Source of the DNA: Octopus bimaculoides
Lineage: Eukaryota
Reading direction: 5' to 3'
DNA length: 55,770 bases
NCBI RefSeq assembly: GCF_001194135.2
Contig: NC_068994.1
Coordinates: 21,689,515-21,745,284 of the forward strand
Shown: positions 27,001-36,259 of the stretch, in pieces
Position numbering within the stretch: position 1 is the first letter of the stretch
Layout: every line of letters starts with the position of its first letter
Made by a program: the position numbers and the translations under genes
Notes under the pieces: generated by a model
The model's input: only the letters and a program-made list of their open reading frames with translations
What the model was told of the DNA's origin: nothing
The model's database searches: none

Positions 27001-28074
27001 ACCACTTGTGAGTCAAATGTTGCTGTTGATACTGTCAATGAGACACTATCTTGGACTTGCTGCAGTGATACCAAATCTTCATCACCAAGTGTTCAGTCAA
27101 CACTTGGTGTAAAACTTTCAACTACTGAACCTCTCTCAACTTCCTCTTCCTGGATGCTGTCTCCTGAGAATCCTGTTCCTGTCTCTGACCAATTTGAAGA
27201 GAATCATTCACCATCTAGCTATCTACCATCTCTTACTACTGTCACTCAGCCTGGTGTTACAATGATGGATGTGAGTGCAGAGAATTCTGATACTAATCCA
27301 ATTGTTATCTCTAACCCAGATACTCAAACTGATGACATGAATTGCACCACCTCTGATCCAGATGTTTCTAATATTAATACAAGTGTTCCTGTCAGGGATT
27401 CAAATGCTGTAACAGGTGTTATTGATTCAACTGCTGCTGTGAATAATCTTGGTGTTGTTATCTCTGGTTTGGATGTGCCAGTCAGTGAAGCATCAAGTGT
27501 CACTATTACGAACTCTGGTGTCACTGTTACTGATCTAGGTGTTGTTATTAATAACCTCAACCTCCCAATCACTGATCTCTGTGTCCCAGTTACAGACTTA
27601 GGTATTGCTGTCACTCATGCAGATGTTACTGATCTTGGCACCTCAATTACTCATCCAGGTGTTATTGATCCATGTGACTCAATCAAAAACCTAAATTTCT
27701 CAGTTGCTAATTCATGTATTAATGTCACTGCTCCACATGTTACTGTTACTACTTCTAATGACAATGATGTCAATCAAGATTCCATTGTGACCAATCTCAC
27801 TGTTCCAGTTGTTGATGTCATCAATCCAGTTGATAATCCAACTGATCCAAGTGAAAATGTTACTGGATCAGAATCAAGTATTACTCATCAAGACGTTGGT
27901 GTCTCTGATCCTGATACAAATATCATCAATCCTAGCACCAGCATCACTAATTCAGGTACTAACATCACCAACCTACAGGTAAATGTATGTCATCCTGCTA
28001 CTGTTACCAATATGATTACAAATGATATTGATCTCGAAACTAATGTTGTTGATCCAGGTGCTGTTATTCACTAA
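13638..28074 (+). CDS. THAP-domain + BTB/POZ-domain protein, join(13638..13717,14557..14758,17355..17450,22154..22527,24544..24691,26728..28074), 748 aa
   Basis: Manual splicing: all introns are GT-AG and phases match (2,0,0,2,0). Total 2247 nt = 749 codons with no internal stop. THAP signature MPTSCAAYKC...FHCFP...W...LCSEHF...AVPSIF. BTB signature FCDAGI...VHKVVLLAMCP...DYMYNG...LKLLCD. Confidence 0.85.
14557..14758 (+). CDS. THAP-BTB coding exon 2 (THAP core)
   Basis: Pyrimidine tract + tttatag|T TTT CCT AAG. Encodes FPKDLKRRKEW...[37 protein letters not shown]. Donor |gtaagg. Confidence 0.95.
15330..15900 (-). mobile_element. Possible very decayed LINE RT fragment
   Basis: Weak resemblance to P..WK.A and K.FD.VWH..L..KL motifs. 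No intact motif. Confidence 0.25.
17355..17450 (+). CDS. THAP-BTB coding exon 3 (basic, NLS-like KKVSVSGQRRREK)
   Basis: ttttttgcag acceptor, 96 nt open phase 0-0, donor TTG|gtatgt. Confidence 0.75.
17770..17935 (+). mobile_element. SINE-like element with tandem aaaagcacc subunits and RTE-type tail
   Basis: Repeated gtaaaaaacacc/aaaagcactc/ataagcacc/ataaaacacc units followed by cactctgtaaagtggttgacattaggaag. Confidence 0.6.
18160..18660 (+). mobile_element. SINE-like element ending in (GAT)n with RTE-type tail
   Basis: ggcgttaggaaggacatccagc...ccaacccatgctagtatggaaagcagatgttaaatgatgatgat. Confidence 0.8.
19431..19650 (+). mobile_element. tRNA-derived SINE, full length
   Basis: ggcggtgagctggcagaatcg head, B-box ctgagttcaaattc, conserved body. 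Confidence 0.85.
20058..20212 (+). mobile_element. tRNA/CORE-type SINE head
   Basis: A-box-like ggctatgtggtgag, B-box-like ggttcagtccc, core-like ggcacttcagacaagtgtc, followed by (GT)/(TA)n. Confidence 0.8.
20250..20365 (-). mobile_element. RTE-tail SINE 3' end (antisense), runs into a gap
   Basis: catcatcatcgtttaacgtccgctttccatgctagcatgggttggacg is the reverse complement of the 18620-18660 tail. Confidence 0.85.
21405..21620 (+). mobile_element. SINE tail fragment
   Basis: tttgtccctcaccactgcttgacaactggtg...ccaagcatggtcacagtcaaatgattcaaac. Confidence 0.75.
22154..22527 (+). CDS. THAP-BTB coding exon 4 (S/T/N-rich linker)
   Basis: gttttcag acceptor, open frame matching ORF 22247..22579. Donor AG|gtttgt (phase 2) matches the phase-2 acceptor at 24544. 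Confidence 0.75.
22715..22935 (+). mobile_element. SINE-like element with aaaagcac subunits and RTE-type tail
   Basis: gtggttggcattaggaagggcatccagcc...gtccaacccatgccaac...attaaaagatgatgat. Confidence 0.8.
23640..23847 (-). mobile_element. tRNA-derived SINE (antisense copy of the 19431 family)
   Basis: ctgccagctcactgcc end and gaatttgagctcagaacg, reverse complement of the head and B-box. Confidence 0.85.
24159..24260. repeat. 31-bp minisatellite, about 3 copies
   Basis: Unit cactcacctacagtcctggtttccctctccc. Confidence 0.9.
24544..24691 (+). CDS. THAP-BTB coding exon 5 (BTB N-terminal part)
   Basis: tttgcag|T GAT GAT. Encodes YIVASHPRSMLHNLALLWKDGKFCDAGIGNENATIM. Donor ATG|gtaagt. Confidence 0.88.
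25430..26170 (+). mobile_element. RTE-type LINE RT C-terminal remnant
   Basis: Degenerate (Y)ADDL.FIAKSFEELQ...GLKIS, Cys-rich insert, then DSF.YLG-like and HVKGRLY...YGSE-like motifs. Confidence 0.65.
26728..28074 (+). CDS. THAP-BTB coding exon 6 (BTB C-terminal part + heptad-repeat tail)
   Basis: ttttcctag|GTT CAC AAG; 1.35-kb open frame VHKVVLLAMCP...; TAA at 28072. The 3' end is uncertain (see findings). Confidence 0.85.
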   Translation, partial: VHKVVLLAMCPKLLSMPSADISSSQFLRVNFPKRISQLALDAFADYMYNGILDVDPQILTQLRTVAVCLEMEELKLLCDTHLSKLKSPRVPTTCESNVAVDTVNETLSWTCCSDTKSSSPSVQSTLGVKLSTTEPLSTSSSWMLSPENPVPVSDQFEENHSPSSYLPSLTTVTQPGVTMMDVSAENSDTNPIVISNPDTQTDDMNCTTSDPDVSNINTSVPVRDSNAVTGVIDSTAAVNNLGVVISGLDVPVSEASSVTITNSGVTVTDLGVVINNLNLPITDLCVPVTDLGIAVTHADVTDLGTSITHPGVIDPCDSIKNLNFSVANSCINVTAPHVTVTTSNDNDVNQDSIVTNLTVPVVDVINPVDNPTDPSENVTGSESSITHQDVGVSDPDTNIINPSTSITNSGTNITNLQVNVCHPATVTNMITNDIDLETNVVDPGAVIH

Positions 28075-30369
28075 CTCCAGCCAGTTGCTTGTAAGCAACT
28101 ACCTGTTGAGGTAACCTATGAAATACTTGACAGCAGCTTACATACCCTTTCAACTGGACATACTTCAATCTCGTCTGGACCACACCATACACAGTGGCTG
28201 GTTGTGTGACATGCAATGTGACAGTCAGAGTATGTTAATAATGTGCAGTGTGACAGTTAGAATGTGATACTAAGTAATATCAGTTACCTCTGCTCAAATA
28301 AATCTATGGTATGGAGAAGTGGCTGATCAGCTGTTAGGAGTAGCTGGCAGGACTTGTATCATTGATATATTGAACATCAGTTTCTATACAGTGCAGTGTT
28401 TGGTTATGTGGCTGTAAAGAATAGTGTTTAGAACATGTCTTCTTTTTATAAAAAAAATTTTATGATTTAGTTGGAAGAGGAAGGATTGTACCAATGACTT
28501 TCAGGGCCTTTGAGACTGATAGGAATAAGTTATTCTCAGACTAGGGATTTGGCTTGAAAAATTGCATCTGAGTGGACTCTACTAAAAGCATCTCTGGGCT
28601 TTGTGGTGCAGTTAAACTGAGTGACAGATTAAGTCTACAATTGCAAAACAAGAATGATCCTGTTGATGGGTTTTTGCACAGTTTCCACATACCAAATTTC
28701 ACTTGCAATATTTTGGTTAATATGAAGTTATGACGGAAGACACTTAAGGCATCATGTGGTGAGATGGAACTCCAGACCACAAAGTTGTGAAACAAGTTTA
28801 TTTACAATTATTATTACTGGATTTGGCATTGAATTATTAAAAATACTGTGGTATTTACAATAGTTATGCATAGAATGAAGTTGGTGACTGTATTGGGATT
28901 TGTAGGGGCTTAATATGTACAGTATTATTTGTTTAGGCTTCAACAAGTAGAAAAGCACTCAATCAGCTAAGAGAGTGAAGATAATGTTATAATAAAAGAC
29001 CAGAAATCTTGTTAAATACAGCTACCCAGGGTTTCTTGGTTGAAATAATGTATTTTGCCATTTTCCTAACTGAGAACAAGACCATTTGTCAGTTGTCTTT
29101 TGAGCAGATGACATAAGTATATGGAAATGTAATTGAAGTAGATCAGTATGCATGGAAGGTAGACATTAAACGATGACGATGATGTGTATGTTACATAGCA
29201 TTTTAGGCTTAGGCAACAAATCCTTTCACTATCCTCAGACAATGTACTACTAGGTTTGCTCTTATCCTCACTAATCTTTTCCATTTTTCCATGTTTATGA
29301 TGATCTACCTCTGCCTGTGGAAACATACAATCATGTATTCTATCCTCATAAGGAACAATCTTTTCCTCTGCCAACAACCCACTCTTTGCTTTTAGGTTAA
29401 TCAAGAAAGAAGTAGTGGCCATAATCATTTCAGACCCAAATCAAACTGGTGAGACTAATGTGGTGATGTTTCAGTTTGAACTTCTGTTGGTCAGTAGCTG
29501 CATAAGAAAAAAATGTGGAGAAACCATGAGTCTGGTTTGAATTGATAGAAACAATGGGACATTTTTCTGTCACACATGTTATCAACCTGAACAACTTTTT
29601 AAACATTCATGATTTTTAACTTAATAAGACAATTTGATTCTGTGCTAATTTATTATGGTATGTGGATTAAGCATTGCAAGAACCATAGTTTTAGGTACTT
29701 CCAAATTGGCTGACAAATATTTTGCAATTTAAGTTAATCGAATTTCTTATACATTGAAAATAAAGTCCTTTGCCCTTTTTTCTATTCTCTTTCAACTTTG
29801 TAATTATCCTGACTATTGAGTTTTAAATTCTTTTGTTTTCAAAATATTATTGTTTACATAACATTTATATATTCAGGACATTGTTCAACAACACCAATTT
29901 CATCGAACTAAGAAATGTAAACAAATATGCGTGCATGCACATTAACACACATACACAGGCATACACACAGGCACAGACAGACAGACACACATGCATACAC
30001 ACAGGCACAGACAGACAGACACACATGCATACACGTATATATGTATGCACATGCATAGATGTATATAAATATGCATGTGTATATATGAGGTTATATACAT
30101 ACATTGTATAATATATATATATATATATATTTATAGAGAGAGAGAGAGAGAGAGAGTGAATGAGTGAGTGAGTGAGAGAGAGCAAGAAGGATCGATACTA
30201 GAAGTGTTGAAACAATTGACGTGATTAATAATAAATTCTTGTATATTCCATCTTCCATCTTTCATTTGCCATATATATGTGTGTGTGTATATATATAATA
30301 ATAATATATATATATATATGCATATATACATACATACATGTACATACTTACATATATATGTATATACAC

Positions 30370-30950
30370 ATGGGCTGTAACTGCTGAGGACATACGTAAG
30401 CTCGCAAGGAATGAAGCCAGTATGCTCCGTTGGATGTGTAATGTCAATGTGAATACCCGTCAGAGTGTATCTTGAGAGAAAAGCTGAACATTAGAAGCAT
30501 CAGTTGTGGTGTGCAAGAGAGACGNNNNNNNNNNNNNNNNNNNNNNNNNNNNNNNNNNNNNNNNNNNNNNNNNNNNNNNNNNNNNNNNNNNNNNNNNNNN
30601 NNNNNNNNNNNNNNNNNNNNNNNNNNNNNNNNNNNNNNNNNNNNNNNNNNNNNNNNNNNNNNNNNNNNNNNNNNNNNNNNNNNNNNNNNNNNNNNNNNNN
30701 NNNNNNNNNNNNNNNNNNNNNNNNNNNNNNNNNNNNNNNNNNNNNNNNNNNNNNNNNNNNNNNNNNNNNNNNNNNNNNNNNNNNNNNNNNNNNNNNNNNN
30801 NNNNNNNNNNNNNNNNNNNNNNNNNNNNNNNNNNNNNNNNNNNNNNNNNNNNNNNNNNNNNNNNNNNTTGCCATCCGGTTTCACCAGTCCTCAGTCAAGT
30901 CGTCCAACCCATGCTAGCATGGAAAGCGGACATTAAACGATGATGATGAT
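30370..30950 (+). mobile_element. RTE LINE 3' end spanning a gap
   Basis: WAVTAEDIRKLARNEASMLRWMCNVNV...LREKLNIRSISCGVQER, then the tail ccaacccatgctagcatggaaagcggacattaaacgatgatgat. Confidence 0.85.
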
Positions 30951-30964
30951 AATGATGATGATAT

Positions 30965-31285
30965 ATGGATATAGGACGTCAAAAAACGTAAACAACATGA
31001 AAAACGAGAACATGTAATACAAAAATATGAAAAACGAATTTTTTTTGCAAACAACAGAAGAAACAAATAGAAAACCGAGACAGGCAACATAAAGAATAAT
31101 CCCTTCATCAGTTGTCCACTGTTTTATCTACTCTGCATTTCGAGCGTTAGGACAAGATGCGTCTTCGTCAAAACAGTCGCTCCTGCAAGGAAAATTAAAT
31201 AAATTTTGGGATTTGCGGCGGGTCAAATTTGGCAACAAAAAGAGGACAGTTAAAACAAACAGTAAGGGCTGTTAAACCATAACGA
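30965..31285. repeat. Interspersed repeat, possibly Penelope terminal-repeat-like; related copy at ~1545..1700
   Basis: Shared cccttcatcagttgtc..ctgtttt..tc core and the upstream aaacaaat.gaaaac motif in both copies. Confidence 0.45.
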
Positions 31286-31379
31286 GGTGAAATTGCGAAC
31301 GCTGGAGAAACAAGCTCCTCTGTCACCTATGCCAACTGGAAACAGTTACCGCATGCTGGAACATCTGGCTAAGAGGCAC

Positions 31380-31785
31380 AACTTGAAGATAAAGCAGATC
31401 CCTGCGGTTGGTAACTGCTTCTTTCATGCTGTATCAGCATCTCTCACTTCAGTTGGAGAGCAGAACATCGATGAGCCCGACATACGACAAAAGCTCATTG
31501 ACTATCTTGAGACAACATCTGACAAGCAGTACTACTTTGGCTTTTTACAACTTAACAACAGCCTACACCAGTCATCTGTGCATGAAACCTTAAGTCAGCA
31601 GTCGGAAATGGCGCATGGGCAAACAACCTGGCAGTCCAAGAAGTTGCAGATATGTTGAATCTCAACATCGAGGTCATCAACGCCATCACTCCTGAATGGC
31701 CTCAAGATATTCATCCCCGAGGACAAAGAAGGGAGAGGACAATATCAATTGGGCTGATGGGTGAGGAGCATTATGTGGTACTAGA
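31380..31785 (+). pseudogene. OTU cysteine-protease domain of the Helentron (frameshifted)
   Basis: QIPAVGNCFFHAVS (Cys codon 31416), GAW..NLAVQEVADMLNLNIEVI across a frameshift, GEEHY (His codon 31769). Confidence 0.8.
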
Positions 31786-31989
31786 TGATGCCAAGTCTCG
31801 GTTCACTCGGGAAACAGAAGGTAGAAAGAAAAAACGCGCTGGAAGATGAAGAAGACAGGATTCACTTTGAGCAGACAAGCAAACTGTGAGGCATTCCATA
31901 TGATACATTGCTGCAAGAACAGGTAGCTGACGGTGACAGCACCTTTTCTGCGGCTCCAGGGGAAAACCAAAAGCCCTGCCCTTTCCTCA

Positions 31990-33400
31990 CAGACAGAAAC
32001 TTTGAAGAGCTGGCAAATCCTTCCAAGTATTCTCTTGGATGTGGAGGACTGTCTGAGGAGAGAGAAAAAAAGATAACGACAAGAAAATACTTCAATTAGC
32101 GGCTACTGAACAAATACGGGAGATTTGCCAGCGATATTGACTACCTTCTTGCAGCCCAGTATGCTATAGAAGCCAAACAAGTCCGCGATGATATTCAAAT
32201 ATCTCTGAGGCAGACACGAGGACAGACATTTCAAAACAGAAAGGTAAATGCTGGACTTATGAAGATCACTGACAATGTTCAGGCTATGCTTCGCACCGAC
32301 ACCGCTTTCAAGTTCACGAAGGACATTCAAGGTTCTCTTGTATACTGGGATACTGTATTGCTAGATTTGCTTGCCATGATGCCTGTCAGCAGCTGACATG
32401 CAGTGGCCAGAAGTCATCAAAAGTATAGCTCATCAGTCTGGAAAAGAGCTGACAGCTGATGACATCAAGAAAATGCCGTGAGAGCAAAAATGCAACTGGC
32501 TCAGATGCAACCCAGTTACAACAGCCCGACAGTTCAAACACAGGTTGGACATATTCTTCAAAGAATTCATCGGTGGAAGGGCACATCCCATTGGCGTGCT
32601 AGTAGACTACATAATACGCATCGAGTTTCAGGCAAGAGGTTCTCCACACGCGCACACCATTTTGTGGATACAAGATGCGCCGATACTTGATGTGAACATT
32701 GATGAAGAAATCACTACATTCATCGACCAGCACCAGACGTGCGTCATTCCAGGGGAAGAAGAGAGCGATTTGAGACAGATCGTTCTCTCTCTTCAGAAGT
32801 ATGTGCACTCAGTAACATGCCGAAGAGGTGGATCATGCAGATTCCATTACCCCTCTTCTGAAACTGTGATTGCTCGCCAGCCTGACGTGGGCGACTTTAT
32901 GGTTGCAAAGCTCATGCTCAACGCTAAAGCAGATATCTTCAAAAAAGTTAGTGATGTCATGGAAGATAAGGACGTTCCTGAGGATACTTTCTTCGAAGAT
33001 TTCCTGCAAATGTCTGATGACAACCCGCAGGAATACCATGGTGTGGTCAAACTAGTGAAATCGGGGAAACAGGTGGTATTGAAGCGTCAACCTTCAGAAA
33101 GGTGGATCAACCAGTATAATCCGAAGATCCTCAAAACCTTGCGTGCCAACATGGACCTGCAGGTCATCATGGACCCATACTCGTGCATCATGTACATCAC
33201 CAGTTACATGATGAAAAGTGAGAGGGCTATGAGTGAACTACTGAAAGAAGTAGCTGAAGAAAGCAGAAGTGAAGACTTGAAATCAAAACTGAGAAAAGTA
33301 GGATCAGCTTTTCTGAACAACAGGGAAGTTAGTGCTCAGGAGGCTGCTTACAGGATCCTCTTCCTGTCACTGAAGAGGGACAGTCGAAAAGTGGTGTTTA
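31990..33400 (+). pseudogene. Helitron Rep/HUH endonuclease domain
   Basis: RFASDIDYLLAAQY, LSAADMQWPE, IEFQARGSPHAHTILWI (32620..32670), YNPKIL...NMDLQ, YITSYMMK, REVSAQEA. Confidence 0.92.
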
Positions 33401-34092
33401 TCAACACTGCTCCAAAAGACAAACGTGTGTCCATGCTTAAGCCGCAGAAGATCCTCCAAGGTATGGACGAAGATGATGAAGATATCTTTTGTACGTCATC
33501 CCTTGACCGCTATGCCATGCGACCTGATGTCCTCGAAGATATGTGCTTTGCAGAATTTGCATCCACTTACACAATTGGAGGAAAAGATGCAGCTGACCAC
33601 ATCCCTGATGTTTTACACAGAAGTGATGATATCGAAGGTGGTGACAATAACTTAGATACCGCAGAAATTGTAGACAAACTCCCGAAAGTTATCACTATGC
33701 CACTACATCATAAGGTTCCACAAAGAAAAGAAGGAAGGAGAAGGCAGATACAGGAACCTGTTGATGCTTTACTATCCATGGTGAGATGAAGAGACTGATT
33801 TGAAAGCTGACTATCCATCTACCAAGAACACTACGAAAGCGTTGAAGCTACTATCCATTCTAACGAAGCCATGTTCAGTGTTAACACTGATGAATTGGAC
33901 AGAGTCTATGACGATTTGAAAAGGATGGGACCTACCGAGGATGCCTGGGATACTGTGGCCCCAAATGTGGAGTTCCAACATGCGTAAGAAGAAAACGAAG
34001 GTGTTGTACAGGAAAGGGAGCTCCCACAGGAAGATCAATTAAGAAATGTCGACCTAGCTCCAGAGGTGTCAGGTAATCGCTCAGAGCTTCAT

Positions 34093-35140
34093 GTTCGTTT
34101 CGTTGGAACCGACCTCCTCAACTACATCCATCGCCGGCTTCAAGACATCTGTGGGAACTCTGACCCAGATTCCCGATTTGGAGAAGTCAGTGTGATGGCC
34201 GTTGGGGATCTCTACCAACTGCAACCTGTAGGCCAGAATCACGTCTTTGGCCTCCCGAGAGACAACTACACCCGCTTGCATTGATCTCTGTAGGAGGAAA
34301 ATTTCAAATTGATGGAACTCACAGAGAGCATGCGACAAAAGGAAGATCAACGTTTTGCCTAATTGTTGATGAGTGTCAGGACAGCTACCTGCACGGAAGA
34401 TGATATAACCTTGCTTAAGACCAGAGTCATCACCAAAGGAGACACTGACTACCCAGCGCACGCCCTTCACGTGTTTAAGACGAACAAAGAGGTTGAAGAA
34501 CACAACATAGAACACCTCAAGCTGCTTGACCCGACTTATGACGTCAAAGCTATCGACAAAAAGAAAGACGTCCAGATTGGCCTTGTTGATGTTGCCATTT
34601 ACACTAAGGCGTCAGGCACTGGCGGCCTCAGTGAAGTAGTGTCTGTAGAAGTTAGCGCTAGAGCGATGATAACTGTCAACATAGACGTCTCTGACGGTCT
34701 GGCAAATGGCGTCTGTGGCACAGATGTTGGGTTCGACAACACCGGTAGTGACGTTCATACAATCCTCGTCAAATTTAACAGTGAACGGGTAGGTAAGCAG
34801 GCCATCGCTGACAGCCAGTACAAGAGGTCATTCTCGGGAGTGGTTCCCACCAAACGACTGGATGTTCAGTTCTATATCGGGAGGAGTAGACGATCTGTGG
34901 AGGCAAAACGTTTGCAATTTCCTCTCTCAATGGCCTGGGATTGTACTATACATAAAGTCCAGGGCAAGACCATGGATAAGATCGTTGTTGCCATGCAAGG
35001 AAAAGGTTCCTTCATGCCTGGCCAGGCGTATGTTGCTTTGAGTCGTGTCCGACACTTGAGTGGCCTCTTCTTGCTTGGATTTGATGTCAGTGCAATCCGC
35101 ACTAGTCCATCTGTTGTTCGTGAAATGGACAGGCTTCGAC
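34093..35140 (+). pseudogene. PIF1-like SF1 helicase, Walker A/B region deleted
   Basis: GDLYQLQP, LTESMRQ, QFPLSMAW..TIHKVQG.T, GQAYVALSR present. No GxxGxGK or DE motif; LHV joins directly to FVGTDLLNYIHRRL. Confidence 0.9.
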
Positions 35141-35194
35141 AGCAAACGTTGTCTGAAGCTATGCCTTCTGCTCCTCCCACAGTTACTCATGGAT

Positions 35195-35760
35195 GACTGC
35201 AGATCAGACTGCTCAGTATCAGGTCCTATTTTGAACATGAACAAGACTTGAAAGCGGACAACACTCTTCAAAATGTTGATGTGTTTTGTTTCGTAGAAAC
35301 ATTCTTGAAGCAGAATCAACAAGTAGCATCCATCATACCGCAGTCGAAGATCACTAGAGCAGACAGGCCTGCTGCATTGAGGTGTGGAAGTGGCGTGATG
35401 ACTTGCCAAGCAGGAGATCGCCCCCACGGATATACATTTGAATGTCAGTGGCTTAGAGTACACCGCTATCGGGGTGACCATCTCGTCAACAAAAATCAAT
35501 ATCATCACCATTTACAGATCTCCTTCCGTACCAATTGCTCCTTCCTCACCAGCCTGCATCATCTTATAAGATCTTTGCCAAGGAATCATCTGACCATCGT
35601 CCTTGGTGATTTCAACGTGGATCTCCTTGATTCCCCTAACCATGAGATCTTGGCAATTAGTCCAAAAACCCACCACCGACTATGGAAGCCTGCTAGATCA
35701 TGTTTTATGTGAACCAGGATCGGTGTCCACAAGTCACCATAACCGACTGTTACTTTTCCG
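35195..35760 (+). pseudogene. AP-type endonuclease of the Helentron
   Basis: DVFCFVETFL, RADRP...GSGV, IVLGDFNVDL, QLVQKPTTDYGSLLDHV. Confidence 0.85.
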
Positions 35761-35924
35761 ACCATGGTGTTATGTGTGTATCACTCAAGTTTTAGGTAAT
35801 TGTTGTTTCTTTTAGTTGTATAGTGAAACTAGCTTGTTGTTGTCATTGATGTATTATAACTGCTTCAGATGATTCTTGTTTTCAGGGGTTTAAAAAAAAA
35901 ATCATATGGCTGTGTTACTTTTTT

Positions 35925-36044
35925 TACCCCCGCCAAGGAGGTTATGTTTTTGCCGGCGTTGGTTTGGGAAATTGGACGATTTTCAGCATGCGTGTGGAAA
36001 TGAGCTGCTTAACGGAGGTCTGCACTCTCCGAGTGCTTTTCTAG
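35925..36044 (+). mobile_element. Helentron/HINE-like terminal module
   Basis: cccccgcc...aacggagg sub-terminal IR-like pair, perfect hairpin gcactc-tcc-gagtgc (36022..36036), then ttttCTAG|tt. Confidence 0.7.
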
Positions 36045-36164
36045 TTATTATTATTATTATTAATATTATTATTATTATTATTAAGCTAGCACATGCTAAT
36101 TAGCAGGACTGTTATCTTGAGGTTTGGAGAATCTCTCCTGAACATATATAGTTTAAGTGTGCAC

Positions 36165-36213
<49 letters not shown>

Positions 36214-36259
36214 TCGCGCACGCGCACACACACACGCACGCGCGTGCGCACATACATAC

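Larger units (their letters stand above)
31287..36044 (+). mobile_element. Helentron (Helitron2-type rolling-circle transposon), pseudogenised, 5' truncated
   Basis: Order OTU - Rep (HUH) - PIF1-like helicase - AP endonuclease. Rep motif IEFQARGSPHAH has the Helentron-type Ser. The 3' end has a hairpin plus CTAG. Confidence 0.9.
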
